From a virus (taxonomy: Duplodnaviria; Heunggongvirae; Uroviricota; Caudoviricetes): 64,000 bases of DNA. The position numbers and the translations under genes are program-made. How positions within the stretch are numbered: position 1 is the first letter of the stretch; each line of letters starts with the position of its first letter. This document shows, piece by piece, positions 9,397 to 17,999 of this stretch. The DNA lies in the IMG/VR virus record IMGVR_UViG_3300028666_000028, positions 20,868-84,867 of that record. One strand, 5' to 3'. A model generated the notes under the pieces. The model was not told where the DNA came from, did no database searches, and was given only the letters and a program-made list of their open reading frames with translations.

Positions 9397-10674
9397 ATGT
9401 CAGGTGCAAATACTACAAGTACACTAAACGGCCTTTTTAAGGAAGTCTATGCTGATAAGATCGAAAATCTTATTCCAGATGGCGTTAAGCTTCTTAAGCT
9501 TGTTCCTTATATCGAAGCCGCTAAAGAAATCGGAAATCTCTATCACCAACCAGTACAATTGAGCCATGAACATGGTATCACTTATGCTGCTGCGGATTCG
9601 GGTGCTTTTAACCTAAATAACGCTGTTGCTGCTATCTTCAAAGATGCTCAACTTGGTGGATCACAAATGCTTATCAGATCACAAATGAGCTACGAAGCTG
9701 CTGCTCGTGCTTCTAATGATCGAAAAGCTTTTGTTAAAGCTACTTCACTCATGGTTCAAAACATGGTTAATTCAATCGCTAAACGACTTGAAATTAGCTG
9801 TCTTTATGGACGTACTAATATCGGACAAATCGCTTCTGGAACAGGTTCTGCTGGATCAAGATCTTATACTCTTGCTACTGCTTCCTGGGCTTCTGGAATT
9901 TGGGCTGGATCAGAAAACATGCCTCTTGATGTAGTTTCTGCTGCAGTTCCTTCGTCCGCTGGTCAAAAACTTAATACCAATGCTCAACTGAACGTTGTTT
10001 CTGTTGATCTTACTCTTAGAGTAGTAAATGTTACTGGTAACTCTGCTGACTTAACGGCTATTGATGCCGCTATGGGTGCAGGTGCTTATTTCATTCCATT
10101 TGGTTCACTTTTGAACGATATTTTCGGACTTGACAGAATTATCACTAATTCTGGCGTTCTTTATAATATCGATGCTTCTGTGTACAATTTGTGGAAAGGT
10201 AACAGTTATGATGCATTGTCTTCTGCTCTTAGTTTCCAAAAGATTCTATCTGCAGTTGCTTTGGCAGTTGAACGTGGATTGGATCAAGATGTAATCTGCA
10301 TGCTTTCTCCGAAAACATGGGCAAACATCAGTTCTGATCAAGCCGCTCTACGTATGTATGATGATAGCTACAAATCCAGCAAACTGGAAAATGGAGCTTC
10401 TGAATATGCATTTAACGGACAAAATGGTAAGATTGATATCGTTTCTTCGATTTATATCAAAGAAGGCGAATGTTTTATCTTCCCACCTAAACGTCTTAAG
10501 AGAATCGGCGCTATGAACATCTCCTTCAAGATGCCTGGTCGCCAACAGCAAGAGGACTTTTTTCTGGAACTTACTAGTTCCGCTGGCTATGAACTCAGAG
10601 CCTATACGGACCAAACTCTATTTAGCGATTCACCCGCTAGATTGGTCAAGGTAATCAACGTGGTTAACAGTTAA
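9397..10674 (+). CDS. Major capsid protein candidate (425 aa)
   Basis: Sits after a 205-bp intergenic region and downstream of the scaffold-like gene, and is followed by the strongest intrinsic terminator in the window. AAAGGAAA ribosome binding site. The assignment rests on position and expression context. I cannot verify the fold. Confidence 0.5.
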   Translation: MSGANTTSTLNGLFKEVYADKIENLIPDGVKLLKLVPYIEAAKEIGNLYHQPVQLSHEHGITYAAADSGAFNLNNAVAAIFKDAQLGGSQMLIRSQMSYEAAARASNDRKAFVKATSLMVQNMVNSIAKRLEISCLYGRTNIGQIASGTGSAGSRSYTLATASWASGIWAGSENMPLDVVSAAVPSSAGQKLNTNAQLNVVSVDLTLRVVNVTGNSADLTAIDAAMGAGAYFIPFGSLLNDIFGLDRIITNSGVLYNIDASVYNLWKGNSYDALSSALSFQKILSAVALAVERGLDQDVICMLSPKTWANISSDQAALRMYDDSYKSSKLENGASEYAFNGQNGKIDIVSSIYIKEGECFIFPPKRLKRIGAMNISFKMPGRQQQEDFFLELTSSAGYELRAYTDQTLFSDSPARLVKVINVVNS

Positions 10675-10702
10675 TTTTATTAACTAATTCAACTACTTAG
10701 AA

Positions 10703-10732
10703 GGGGAAGCCTAAAAAGCTTCCCCTTTTTTT
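10703..10732 (+). terminator. Rho-independent terminator
   Basis: GGGGAAGC-ctaaaaa-GCTTCCCC, an 8-bp GC-rich stem, followed by TTTTTTT. Confidence 0.8.
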
Positions 10733-10753
10733 ATTGCATAAATAGTAAATATA

Positions 10754-11257
10754 ATGTATAATATATCTATGAAAATTTGTTCAAAATGTAAAAAAGAAAA
10801 AGATACATTATTATTTGTAAAAGATTGCACAACTTCAGATGGATTTAGAAGTGATTGTAAAGATTGTCATAATAAGAATTATCATTCAAAAAAGCATTTA
10901 TATAAAAAACAACGTAAAATCTTCAGACAAAACAATTTAGAACATTGTCGTAAACAAGCTCTTAACTGGTATTATGATAATAAAGATGTAAATAAGAATT
11001 CTCGTCTTAAACGCATGTATGGTATTACTTTAGTTCAACATAATCAAATGTTAAAAGATCAAGATTATAAATGTGCCATTTGTGGAACAGATAAACCAGA
11101 TGGCAAAGGTAATCAGTTTAATGTAGATCATGATCATACTACTGGTAAAGTTAGGGGTTTACTTTGTTGGTCTTGTAATTCCCTTATAGGTTATTCAAAA
11201 GAAAATATTCAATCTCTTAAGACTGCAGTAGACTATCTCATAAAACACTCCTCATAA
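10754..11257 (+). CDS. Endonuclease VII-like / HNH-type freestanding endonuclease (167 aa)
   Basis: CAICG...NVDHDHTTGKVRGLLCWSCNSLIG matches the T4 endonuclease VII family signature (H-N-H with Cys ligands). It is inserted between the capsid terminator and the next structural gene. Confidence 0.8.
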   Translation: MYNISMKICSKCKKEKDTLLFVKDCTTSDGFRSDCKDCHNKNYHSKKHLYKKQRKIFRQNNLEHCRKQALNWYYDNKDVNKNSRLKRMYGITLVQHNQMLKDQDYKCAICGTDKPDGKGNQFNVDHDHTTGKVRGLLCWSCNSLIGYSKENIQSLKTAVDYLIKHSS

Positions 11258-11277
11258 TCCTTCAATCAAATCTCCTT

Positions 11278-11287
11278 TTAATAAGTA
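11278..11287 (+). promoter_or_regulatory. TTAATAAGTA motif copy
   Basis: Exact decamer, 94 nt upstream of 11381. Confidence 0.4.
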
Positions 11288-11380
11288 TATTAGTAACAAT
11301 AGTTTAACTTGTACTCCTTAATATAGTATTAAGGTGCCGTAGCCTTACGGTCCTGTTAAACAAATAAGGAAAAATAATAT

Positions 11381-12640
11381 ATGTCAAAAAGTCGTTTAGT
11401 ACTATCAATCGATACAGATCTTCCAATTGGAACACTCAGGGATATCGCAAGTCAACTTCCAGGTCAAGCCCAAGGTCATACTTTCTTACAAAAGTTAATT
11501 AACTTTTTAAGAGGTTTAAATTCAGGAGCTAGATCAGGTAATATGTATTCAGGTGTTGTTGACTCTGGTTCAGGAGATGCAACTATAGCTTCAAAGAGTG
11601 GACTATTTTCAGGTTCACCTATTGCTAATGATACCCTTACAATCAATGGTGTTGTACTTACATTTGTAGCTTCTTCTTCTCCATCTAACAATCAAATTTC
11701 ATTGGCAGGTTCGCCATCTACTACGGTATTGGCACAAAGAGCTGCTGCAGCTATTAATGCTAGTACAAGTGATGCACTAGCAGGAGTTGTTTTTGCTTCT
11801 TCTCTAGGACCAGTTCTTGATGTAGCCGCTTTAATGGCAGGTGTATTTGGAAATAGTATTGCATTATCAGAATCAGCAACTAATTTTTCTTGGTCTGGTG
11901 CAGCTACTTTTCTTTCCGGTGGAACTGGTAGACTTCCTTTCCTTACTAGTTATCCATTTTATAGAAGCAGCTCTTCTTCAGTTCCTGCTCTTGGTCCAAC
12001 AGTTGTAAATCTTGCATCTGCTGCTCCTTTTGCAATTCTAACAGAATCAGGTATTACAGATGTTCCTCCTTCGCCAACTCTTGGTAATGTTGGAGCAAGT
12101 CCTATTACTGGTGCTGCAATTGGTATTACACAAGCAGAAGTTACAGGTTCTATCTATGCAGTTGACGGCGCAGGCCCATCTGGTAGTATAAATAACCCAG
12201 CTCTTCTTACTGCAGCTGTAAGTGATATGCAAGCTGCATATACTGATGCAGCTGGACGTTCTAGTCCAGATTTCACAAACCTTGGTGGTGGAGCAATCGG
12301 TGGATTAACCTTAGTCCCAGGTCTATACAAATGGACGACTGGTGTTACAATAGCAAGCAATGTTACATTTAATGGTGGACCAAATGATGTTTGGATTATG
12401 CAAGTATCAGGAGTTCTTAGTGAAGCCGTTTCAGCAGCTGTTATTTTGACAGGTGGAGCGCAAGCTAAGAATATATTCTGGGCTGTTAATAGTGCTGCAC
12501 TAAGTGCAAGTGCTCACATGGAAGGAAATATCCTTTCTGCCGCAGGAATTACTCTAGCTGCAAACGCATCTGTAAATGGTAGATTGTTTGCTCAGACTGC
12601 TGTGACTTTAAGTCAAAATACAGTTAATAAGCCTGCATAA
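11381..12640 (+). CDS. Virion protein with a C-terminal ice-binding-like (DUF3494) beta-solenoid domain
   Basis: Residues from about 212 to the end align motif-for-motif with the DUF3494 ice-binding-like consensus: AAPFAILTES..T, LGNVGASPITG, AAYTDAAGR, GGLTLVPGLY, NVFTNGGPNDVWIMQVSGVL, AQAKNIFWAVNSAA, EGNILSAAGITL, and the terminal NGRLFAQTAVTLSQNTV. Confidence 0.6.
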   Translation: MSKSRLVLSIDTDLPIGTLRDIASQLPGQAQGHTFLQKLINFLRGLNSGARSGNMYSGVVDSGSGDATIASKSGLFSGSPIANDTLTINGVVLTFVASSSPSNNQISLAGSPSTTVLAQRAAAAINASTSDALAGVVFASSLGPVLDVAALMAGVFGNSIALSESATNFSWSGAATFLSGGTGRLPFLTSYPFYRSSSSSVPALGPTVVNLASAAPFAILTESGITDVPPSPTLGNVGASPITGAAIGITQAEVTGSIYAVDGAGPSGSINNPALLTAAVSDMQAAYTDAAGRSSPDFTNLGGGAIGGLTLVPGLYKWTTGVTIASNVTFNGGPNDVWIMQVSGVLSEAVSAAVILTGGAQAKNIFWAVNSAALSASAHMEGNILSAAGITLAANASVNGRLFAQTAVTLSQNTVNKPA

Positions 12641-12655
12641 TAAATGTTTAGTTGT

Positions 12656-12681
12656 GTCCGGTAGTGTAAATACTACCGGAC
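12656..12681 (+). other. Perfect 10-bp stem-loop (GTCCGGTAGT-gtaaat-ACTACCGGAC) in the 11381-12709 intergenic region
   Basis: Perfect inverted repeat with no downstream U-tract. Could be an RNA processing or regulatory hairpin, or a weak terminator. Confidence 0.4.
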
Positions 12682-12708
12682 CTACATAAACTCGCCTGGA
12701 GAAATTTA

Positions 12709-14541
12709 ATGGCAGTTACTCTTTCAGTCAACGGAGTCACATATAACTACCCAGAGCTTACTGATGAAGGCTGGGGTCCAGATGCTACAAACTGGGCAGT
12801 TGCAATTACACAAGGGGTTCTTACTAAAGCAGGTGGATTATTTGCTTTAAGTAATAATGTTGATTTTGGTCCTAACTTTGGATTAAAAACAGTTGTATAT
12901 CAAACTCGTTCTGCTAATATAGCATCTTCTGGACAATTCCGATTATCTAATTCAGATACAATTGTATTTAGAAATTCTGCAAATAGTGGAAACTTATCAT
13001 TTGGAGCTGGATCAAGTGATTCAGTACCCCAATATAATGGTATAGATTTAGTTAATCTTTCTACTGCTCAAAGTCTTTCTAATAAAACATTAGTTAGTGC
13101 AATTTTTACTGGCGGCACACTTAATAGTCCAACTATTAATACTCCATCAGTAACAGGTGGAACATTTTCAGCTCCAGTAGTCACGGGTGGAACATTTACA
13201 GGCGGAACTTTTAATTCTATATCACTTAATAATCCTTCTATAACAGGAGCTGTATTATTCTCAAATGGTAGTGCTGCGTTACCTTCAATAGCAAATTCTA
13301 CTAGTACTACAACTGGTCTATATTGGACTACTAATACTTTAAATTTTAGTGCCAATGGAGTTAATTCTGGATCTATTGATCCAAACGGTACATGGACTAT
13401 AGGACAATCTGGAACTTCTCATCAACAATTGATATACGGTTCTGATGGCAATACTCAAGCTAAGAGTTTAATACTAGCATCTGGTAGTGCAACAGATTTT
13501 ACAATTGCTAGAGAAAATAACACTGGATCTTTAACTTTAACAGGTTCAAGTGCAAATAATAACGGTGCATTAATTAGTTTATATGGAAATGCAAATGCTA
13601 CTCCTAATATAACTAAATTTCAAAATGCTGGGGCTAATACCGGAAGTATATCTGCAGCTGGATTATGGACAATAGGCGCAACTGGTGGAACACAAACACA
13701 TGTAATTAATGGTAATCTTAATATAACAGGATCATTACTTACTAGTCTTGTATTCCCTAATGGATCTGCAGCAGCACCATCAGTTGCAAGTTCAAGTAAT
13801 ACTACAACTGGATTATACTGGACTACAAATACTCTTAATTTTAGTACAAATGGTGTAAATGCTGGATCTATCGATCCCAACGGCACATGGATTATTGGTG
13901 AACCCGGTACGACACATCAAAGTACTATTTATGGTTCAGATGGTAATATTCAAGGGAAGAGTTTAATATTAAATTCTGGTTCTAGTACTGATTTTACAAT
14001 TGCTAGAAATGATAACACTGGATCTTTAACTTTAACAGGTTCAAGTGCAAATAACACTGGAGCAGTATTTTCAGTATTTGGTAATGGTTTAACTCAATTT
14101 CAAAATTCTGGTGTAACAACTGGCTCTATATCGTCTGCTGGTTTATGGACAATTGGTGCTTCAACTAGTACACAAAATCATATTATAAATGGATCTTTAT
14201 CTATTGTAAATGCATCTGGTGCCAATATAGATGCTTTCGCTATTGCTATTTTAACTGATAATACAACCAATGGAGTTGTAGTTGCAAATCCAGTTGCAAC
14301 AAGTACAAATTGGTTTGTAGATTATTCTTTGACTAGAACCACTGGAAGAAAAACTGGAACACTTCATATCGTATCAGATGGAACTACTGCACAAGTAATA
14401 AATGACAGTGTTGCAATAGGTGATCCTGGTGTATCATTCTCTGCTGATGTTAGTGGGGGTAATGTTCGATTACTTTATACCACAACTAGTACAGGTTCAA
14501 ATGTTACCATGAAGTATACGACTAAAAGGTGGAATGCTTAA
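12709..14541 (+). CDS. Tail fibre protein (610 aa) with a ~166-aa tandem duplication
   Basis: Two near-identical modules: FSNGSAALPSIANSTSTTTGLYWTTNTLNFSANGVNSGSIDPNGTWTIG... and FPNGSAAAPSVASSSNTTTGLYWTTNTLNFSTNGVNAGSIDPNGTWIIG... A third copy of the module sits in 18000..19223. Confidence 0.65.
   Translation: MAVTLSVNGVTYNYPELTDEGWGPDATNWAVAITQGVLTKAGGLFALSNNVDFGPNFGLKTVVYQTRSANIASSGQFRLSNSDTIVFRNSANSGNLSFGAGSSDSVPQYNGIDLVNLSTAQSLSNKTLVSAIFTGGTLNSPTINTPSVTGGTFSAPVVTGGTFTGGTFNSISLNNPSITGAVLFSNGSAALPSIANSTSTTTGLYWTTNTLNFSANGVNSGSIDPNGTWTIGQSGTSHQQLIYGSDGNTQAKSLILASGSATDFTIARENNTGSLTLTGSSANNNGALISLYGNANATPNITKFQNAGANTGSISAAGLWTIGATGGTQTHVINGNLNITGSLLTSLVFPNGSAAAPSVASSSNTTTGLYWTTNTLNFSTNGVNAGSIDPNGTWIIGEPGTTHQSTIYGSDGNIQGKSLILNSGSSTDFTIARNDNTGSLTLTGSSANNTGAVFSVFGNGLTQFQNSGVTTGSISSAGLWTIGASTSTQNHIINGSLSIVNASGANIDAFAIAILTDNTTNGVVVANPVATSTNWFVDYSLTRTTGRKTGTLHIVSDGTTAQVINDSVAIGDPGVSFSADVSGGNVRLLYTTTSTGSNVTMKYTTKRWNA
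13250..14230 (+). repeat. About 498-bp tandem direct repeat (2 copies) inside fibre gene 12709..14541
   Basis: DNA and protein-level duplication. Copy 1 is at about 13250-13745 and copy 2 at about 13746-14230. Confidence 0.6.
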
Positions 14542-14873
14542 TGGAAAATTTATATAATTATAAAATTTTAACTAATGGTAATATGTCTGGTAATTTAACT
14601 TCCAGTGTTCAAGATCTATCTATTACTAATGGATTTTCAGTTTATGCAAAATGGACTGGATCTCCAGTGGGAATAATTAAATTACAAATATCAGTAGATG
14701 GAATTAATTTTGTCGATTATTCCGGTTCACAAACTGCAGTTAATGGTGCAGGTGATGCTTTATGGGAAATTACTACTGCATTTTATAATAAAATTCAAGT
14801 AGTTTATACTTTTACTTCAGGAAGCGGCACATTAAATGTACAAATTAATGGTAAAGGAGATCAATTAAGCTAA
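14529..14873 (+). CDS. Small fibre-associated protein (114 aa), paralog of 2479..2823
   Basis: Shared motif pattern with 2479..2823. Overlaps the upstream stop by 13 nt and abuts the downstream start (ATG overlapping TAA). Confidence 0.45.
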   Translation: MECLMENLYNYKILTNGNMSGNLTSSVQDLSITNGFSVYAKWTGSPVGIIKLQISVDGINFVDYSGSQTAVNGAGDALWEITTAFYNKIQVVYTFTSGSGTLNVQINGKGDQLS

Positions 14874-15415
14874 TGTCTTCTACTTTTATCAGATTAGGCG
14901 AAGCCTCTATAAATTATAAATCTCCAGTTTTAACTGTTGCATCTTTACCAATTGTTGGAAATCAACTTGGTGATGTTAGAGTTGCATTAGATACATTTAA
15001 TCTATATGTATGGAATGGCTCTAGCTGGATAGATCAAAGCGGTGGAGGAGGCGGTGGAGTATCAACTCTTAATGGTTTATCAGGAGCATTAAATATTCTT
15101 GCTGGAAGTAATATAACAGTTACTCCTTCAGGTAGTAATATTACAATTTCTTCCACAGCTGGTAGTATAACTTTCCCTCTAGAAGCTCCAAATGGAACAG
15201 CAGCTGCTCCTTCTTATGCATTTGGTGCAGGTACAGGCGGAGCTGGAACAGGTTTATATGGATTTGGTACCAATGCATTGGGTTTTGCAACTAATGGCTT
15301 AACTTCTGGATTTATTGATGCCAATCAGGCCTGGAATATAACAGGTGCTATAATTTCAAGTTCAAGTATTCAATTAAAAACAACAACTATTTCAACTAAT
15401 TATTCAATTCTTTAA
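14873..15415 (+). CDS. Tail fibre-related protein (180 aa)
   Basis: Contains FPLEAPNGTAAAPSYAFGAGTGG..GLYGFGTNALGFATNG..GFIDANQAWNITG and ends ..NYSIL, related to the fibre module in 12709 and 15430. Confidence 0.5.
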   Translation: MSSTFIRLGEASINYKSPVLTVASLPIVGNQLGDVRVALDTFNLYVWNGSSWIDQSGGGGGGVSTLNGLSGALNILAGSNITVTPSGSNITISSTAGSITFPLEAPNGTAAAPSYAFGAGTGGAGTGLYGFGTNALGFATNGLTSGFIDANQAWNITGAIISSSSIQLKTTTISTNYSIL

Positions 15416-15429
15416 AGGAGAAAAATAAA

Positions 15430-17385
15430 ATGGCCGCACATGATAATGTAATACTAGTAAACACAAGTGGAGGTGCGATTAGTATAACATTGCCATCTCC
15501 TACAAACGGAAGAGTTCTTAAAGTTAAGGATTCTACAGGTAATGCAGGAACGAATAATATTACTATTCTTCCTTTTGCATCAGAACTTATTGATGGTGCA
15601 TCAAGTAAGGTAATTAATTTTAACTACGGTTCTTGTAACCTAGTTAGTGATGGGACTAATTGGTTTTTAGATGATCTAAGTAGTGCTACTGGATCTGGAA
15701 CTGTAACGAGTGTTGCTCTTTCTCTTCCAGCTATATTTAACGTTTCAGGATCTCCTGTAACTACTAGTGGAACACTTTCTGCTACTTTAGCTACTGAAGC
15801 TGCAAATTCATTTTTTGCTGGTCCAAACGGTAGTTCAGGTACTCCAACTTTTAGAGCAATAGTTTCTGCTGATATACCTACATTAAATCAGAATACTACT
15901 GGAACTGCTTCTAATATAACTGCATCATCTAACTCTACACTTACTACTTTATCAAGTTTAAGTTTACCAGGTGCACAAGTTACAGGTAATATTTCAGGTA
16001 ATGCTGGTAATGTTACTGGAACAGTAGCTATTGCTAATGGTGGAACTGGACAGACAACTGCAAATGCAGCGTTTAATGCATTGTCACCTATGACAACTGC
16101 CGGTGATATGATTTATGAAAATGCAACCCCAATTGCTGCTAGACTTCCCATTGGAAGTACTGGCAACGTTCTAACTGTATCAGGTGGACTACCTGTATGG
16201 GCAGCTCCTGCTACTAGTGGAACTGTAACGAGTGTTGCTCTATTGGATGGAAGTACAAGTCCAATCTATAATATTTCAGGATCTCCAGTAACATCCTCTG
16301 GAACACTTGATTTTACACTTAAAACTCAATCTGCTAATTTAGTATTTGCAGGCCCAGGTTCAGGAAGTGCAGCTCAACCTTCTTTTAGAAGTTTAGTTGC
16401 TAATGATATTCCTAATCTATCTGCCACTTATGTAACTCAATCTGAAGTTGGAGCTGCTAACGGTGTTGCATCTCTTGATTCAGGTGGAAAAATTCCACTA
16501 TCACAATTACCAGCTAGTTTGATGGAATTTAAAGGTAGTTGGGACCCAACTTCAAATACACCAACATTAGTTGATGGTACTGGAGTTACTGGATATACAT
16601 ATTGGGTATCTGCAGCATTTGCAGGACCAGTTTCTGGTTTAAATGATCCATCAATGTATAATTTCCAAATCGGTGATTTGGTCATTTATAATGGCACTGC
16701 ATGGGTACTTGTTACTCCAGCTGCTGGCGTTCAATCAGTTAATGGTGCTCAAGGTGCTGTAACAGTAAATGCTATTAATCAACTTACTGGCGATGCAACT
16801 GCAGGTCCTGCTTCTGGTTCACAATCAAAAGTACTAACTCTTGCTACAGTAAACTCTAATGTTGGATCTTTCGGATCTTCAACTTCTATTCCTAGTTTTA
16901 CAGTTAATGCAAAAGGTCTTATAACTGCTGCGTCAGGAAATGCAGTAATTGCACCAGCTGGAACTCTTACTGGAGCAACTCTTGCTGCAAACGTTCTTGC
17001 ATCAAGTTTGACTAGCGTTGGAACTTTGACTAGTTTAACTGTTAGTGGAACCATGTCAGCATCTAACTTCTCTGGAAGTTCTTCAGGAACAAACACTGGA
17101 GATATAACTCTTGCTGCTATTGGATCAAGTCCAAATGCAAACGCTGCTTCTCTTTCTGGTCAAGTTTTAAACTTACAACCAGCTAGTGCAAGTTTCGGCG
17201 GAGTTGTTACGACTGGTACTCAAACATTTGCTGGAGATAAAACTTTCACTGGTAATACATTGATTGCCCAAGCAACTGCATCACAAGCAACTATTGGTCT
17301 TTCAGGTAGTACTGCTAATCATCAAATTAATGGTGGTTTGCAAATTACAACTAATACAGTATCGAGTAATTACTCTATTAGTTAA
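15430..17385 (+). CDS. Tail fibre protein (651 aa)
   Basis: N-terminal ~80-aa domain paralogous to 17395..17976. Internal duplicated modules (SGTVTSVAL...SGSPVT(T/S)SGTL...FAGP...P(T/S)FR) and the IANGGTGQTTANAAFNALSPMTTAGDMIY motif common in phage tail fibres. Confidence 0.65.
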   Translation: MAAHDNVILVNTSGGAISITLPSPTNGRVLKVKDSTGNAGTNNITILPFASELIDGASSKVINFNYGSCNLVSDGTNWFLDDLSSATGSGTVTSVALSLPAIFNVSGSPVTTSGTLSATLATEAANSFFAGPNGSSGTPTFRAIVSADIPTLNQNTTGTASNITASSNSTLTTLSSLSLPGAQVTGNISGNAGNVTGTVAIANGGTGQTTANAAFNALSPMTTAGDMIYENATPIAARLPIGSTGNVLTVSGGLPVWAAPATSGTVTSVALLDGSTSPIYNISGSPVTSSGTLDFTLKTQSANLVFAGPGSGSAAQPSFRSLVANDIPNLSATYVTQSEVGAANGVASLDSGGKIPLSQLPASLMEFKGSWDPTSNTPTLVDGTGVTGYTYWVSAAFAGPVSGLNDPSMYNFQIGDLVIYNGTAWVLVTPAAGVQSVNGAQGAVTVNAINQLTGDATAGPASGSQSKVLTLATVNSNVGSFGSSTSIPSFTVNAKGLITAASGNAVIAPAGTLTGATLAANVLASSLTSVGTLTSLTVSGTMSASNFSGSSSGTNTGDITLAAIGSSPNANAASLSGQVLNLQPASASFGGVVTTGTQTFAGDKTFTGNTLIAQATASQATIGLSGSTANHQINGGLQITTNTVSSNYSIS

Positions 17386-17394
17386 TAAGGCTGT

Positions 17395-17976
17395 ATGGCT
17401 GCACATGATAACCTAGTTCTAGTTAACTCCAGTGGCGGAGCGGTAACAATAACGTTACCTGCTCCCACGAACGGTAGAGTTCTTATTGTAAAAGACTCTA
17501 CTGGGAGTGCTTATGTTAATAACATTACTATTAATCCTAATGCATCTGAAACAATTGATGGGGCTTCTAGTTTTGTTATTACATCTAATTGGGGTGAATG
17601 TCAACTCCAGTCCGATGGAACTAACTGGTTTACTAATTTACCAGCAATTAATGGAGATATTAGTTTTTCTTTAACTGCATCAACAACAGCAGTTGCATCA
17701 CAACTTACATTTGATAGTAGAAAAATTAAAGGTGAATTGATTAATTATTGTGTATTTGATGGAACTAATAGAAAAACAGGTGTACTTAAAGTTGCATGTG
17801 ATCAAGCAATTGGAACTGCTGCAACTGTGGCTCGTATAACCGATAATGGTGTTAGTACTGGAACTATGACTATATCCTGGACTGCAGCTATTAGCGGTAA
17901 TAATTGTCAATTAAGTTATACAACTGGATCTGGTACATATGTTATGGATGCTTATGTACAAACGTTTAAACATTAA
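17395..17976 (+). CDS. Fibre-related protein (193 aa) sharing the N-terminal domain of 15430..17385
   Basis: MAAHDNLVLVNSSGGAVTITLPAPTNGRVLIVKDSTG... against MAAHDNVILVNTSGGAISITLPSPTNGRVLKVKDSTG... Confidence 0.55.
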   Translation: MAAHDNLVLVNSSGGAVTITLPAPTNGRVLIVKDSTGSAYVNNITINPNASETIDGASSFVITSNWGECQLQSDGTNWFTNLPAINGDISFSLTASTTAVASQLTFDSRKIKGELINYCVFDGTNRKTGVLKVACDQAIGTAATVARITDNGVSTGTMTISWTAAISGNNCQLSYTTGSGTYVMDAYVQTFKH

Positions 17977-17982
17977 TAAGTA
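17973..17982 (+). promoter_or_regulatory. TTAATAAGTA motif copy
   Basis: Exact decamer between fibre genes 17395 and 18000. Confidence 0.4.
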
Positions 17983-17999
17983 GTTTATAAAGGGAAAAT

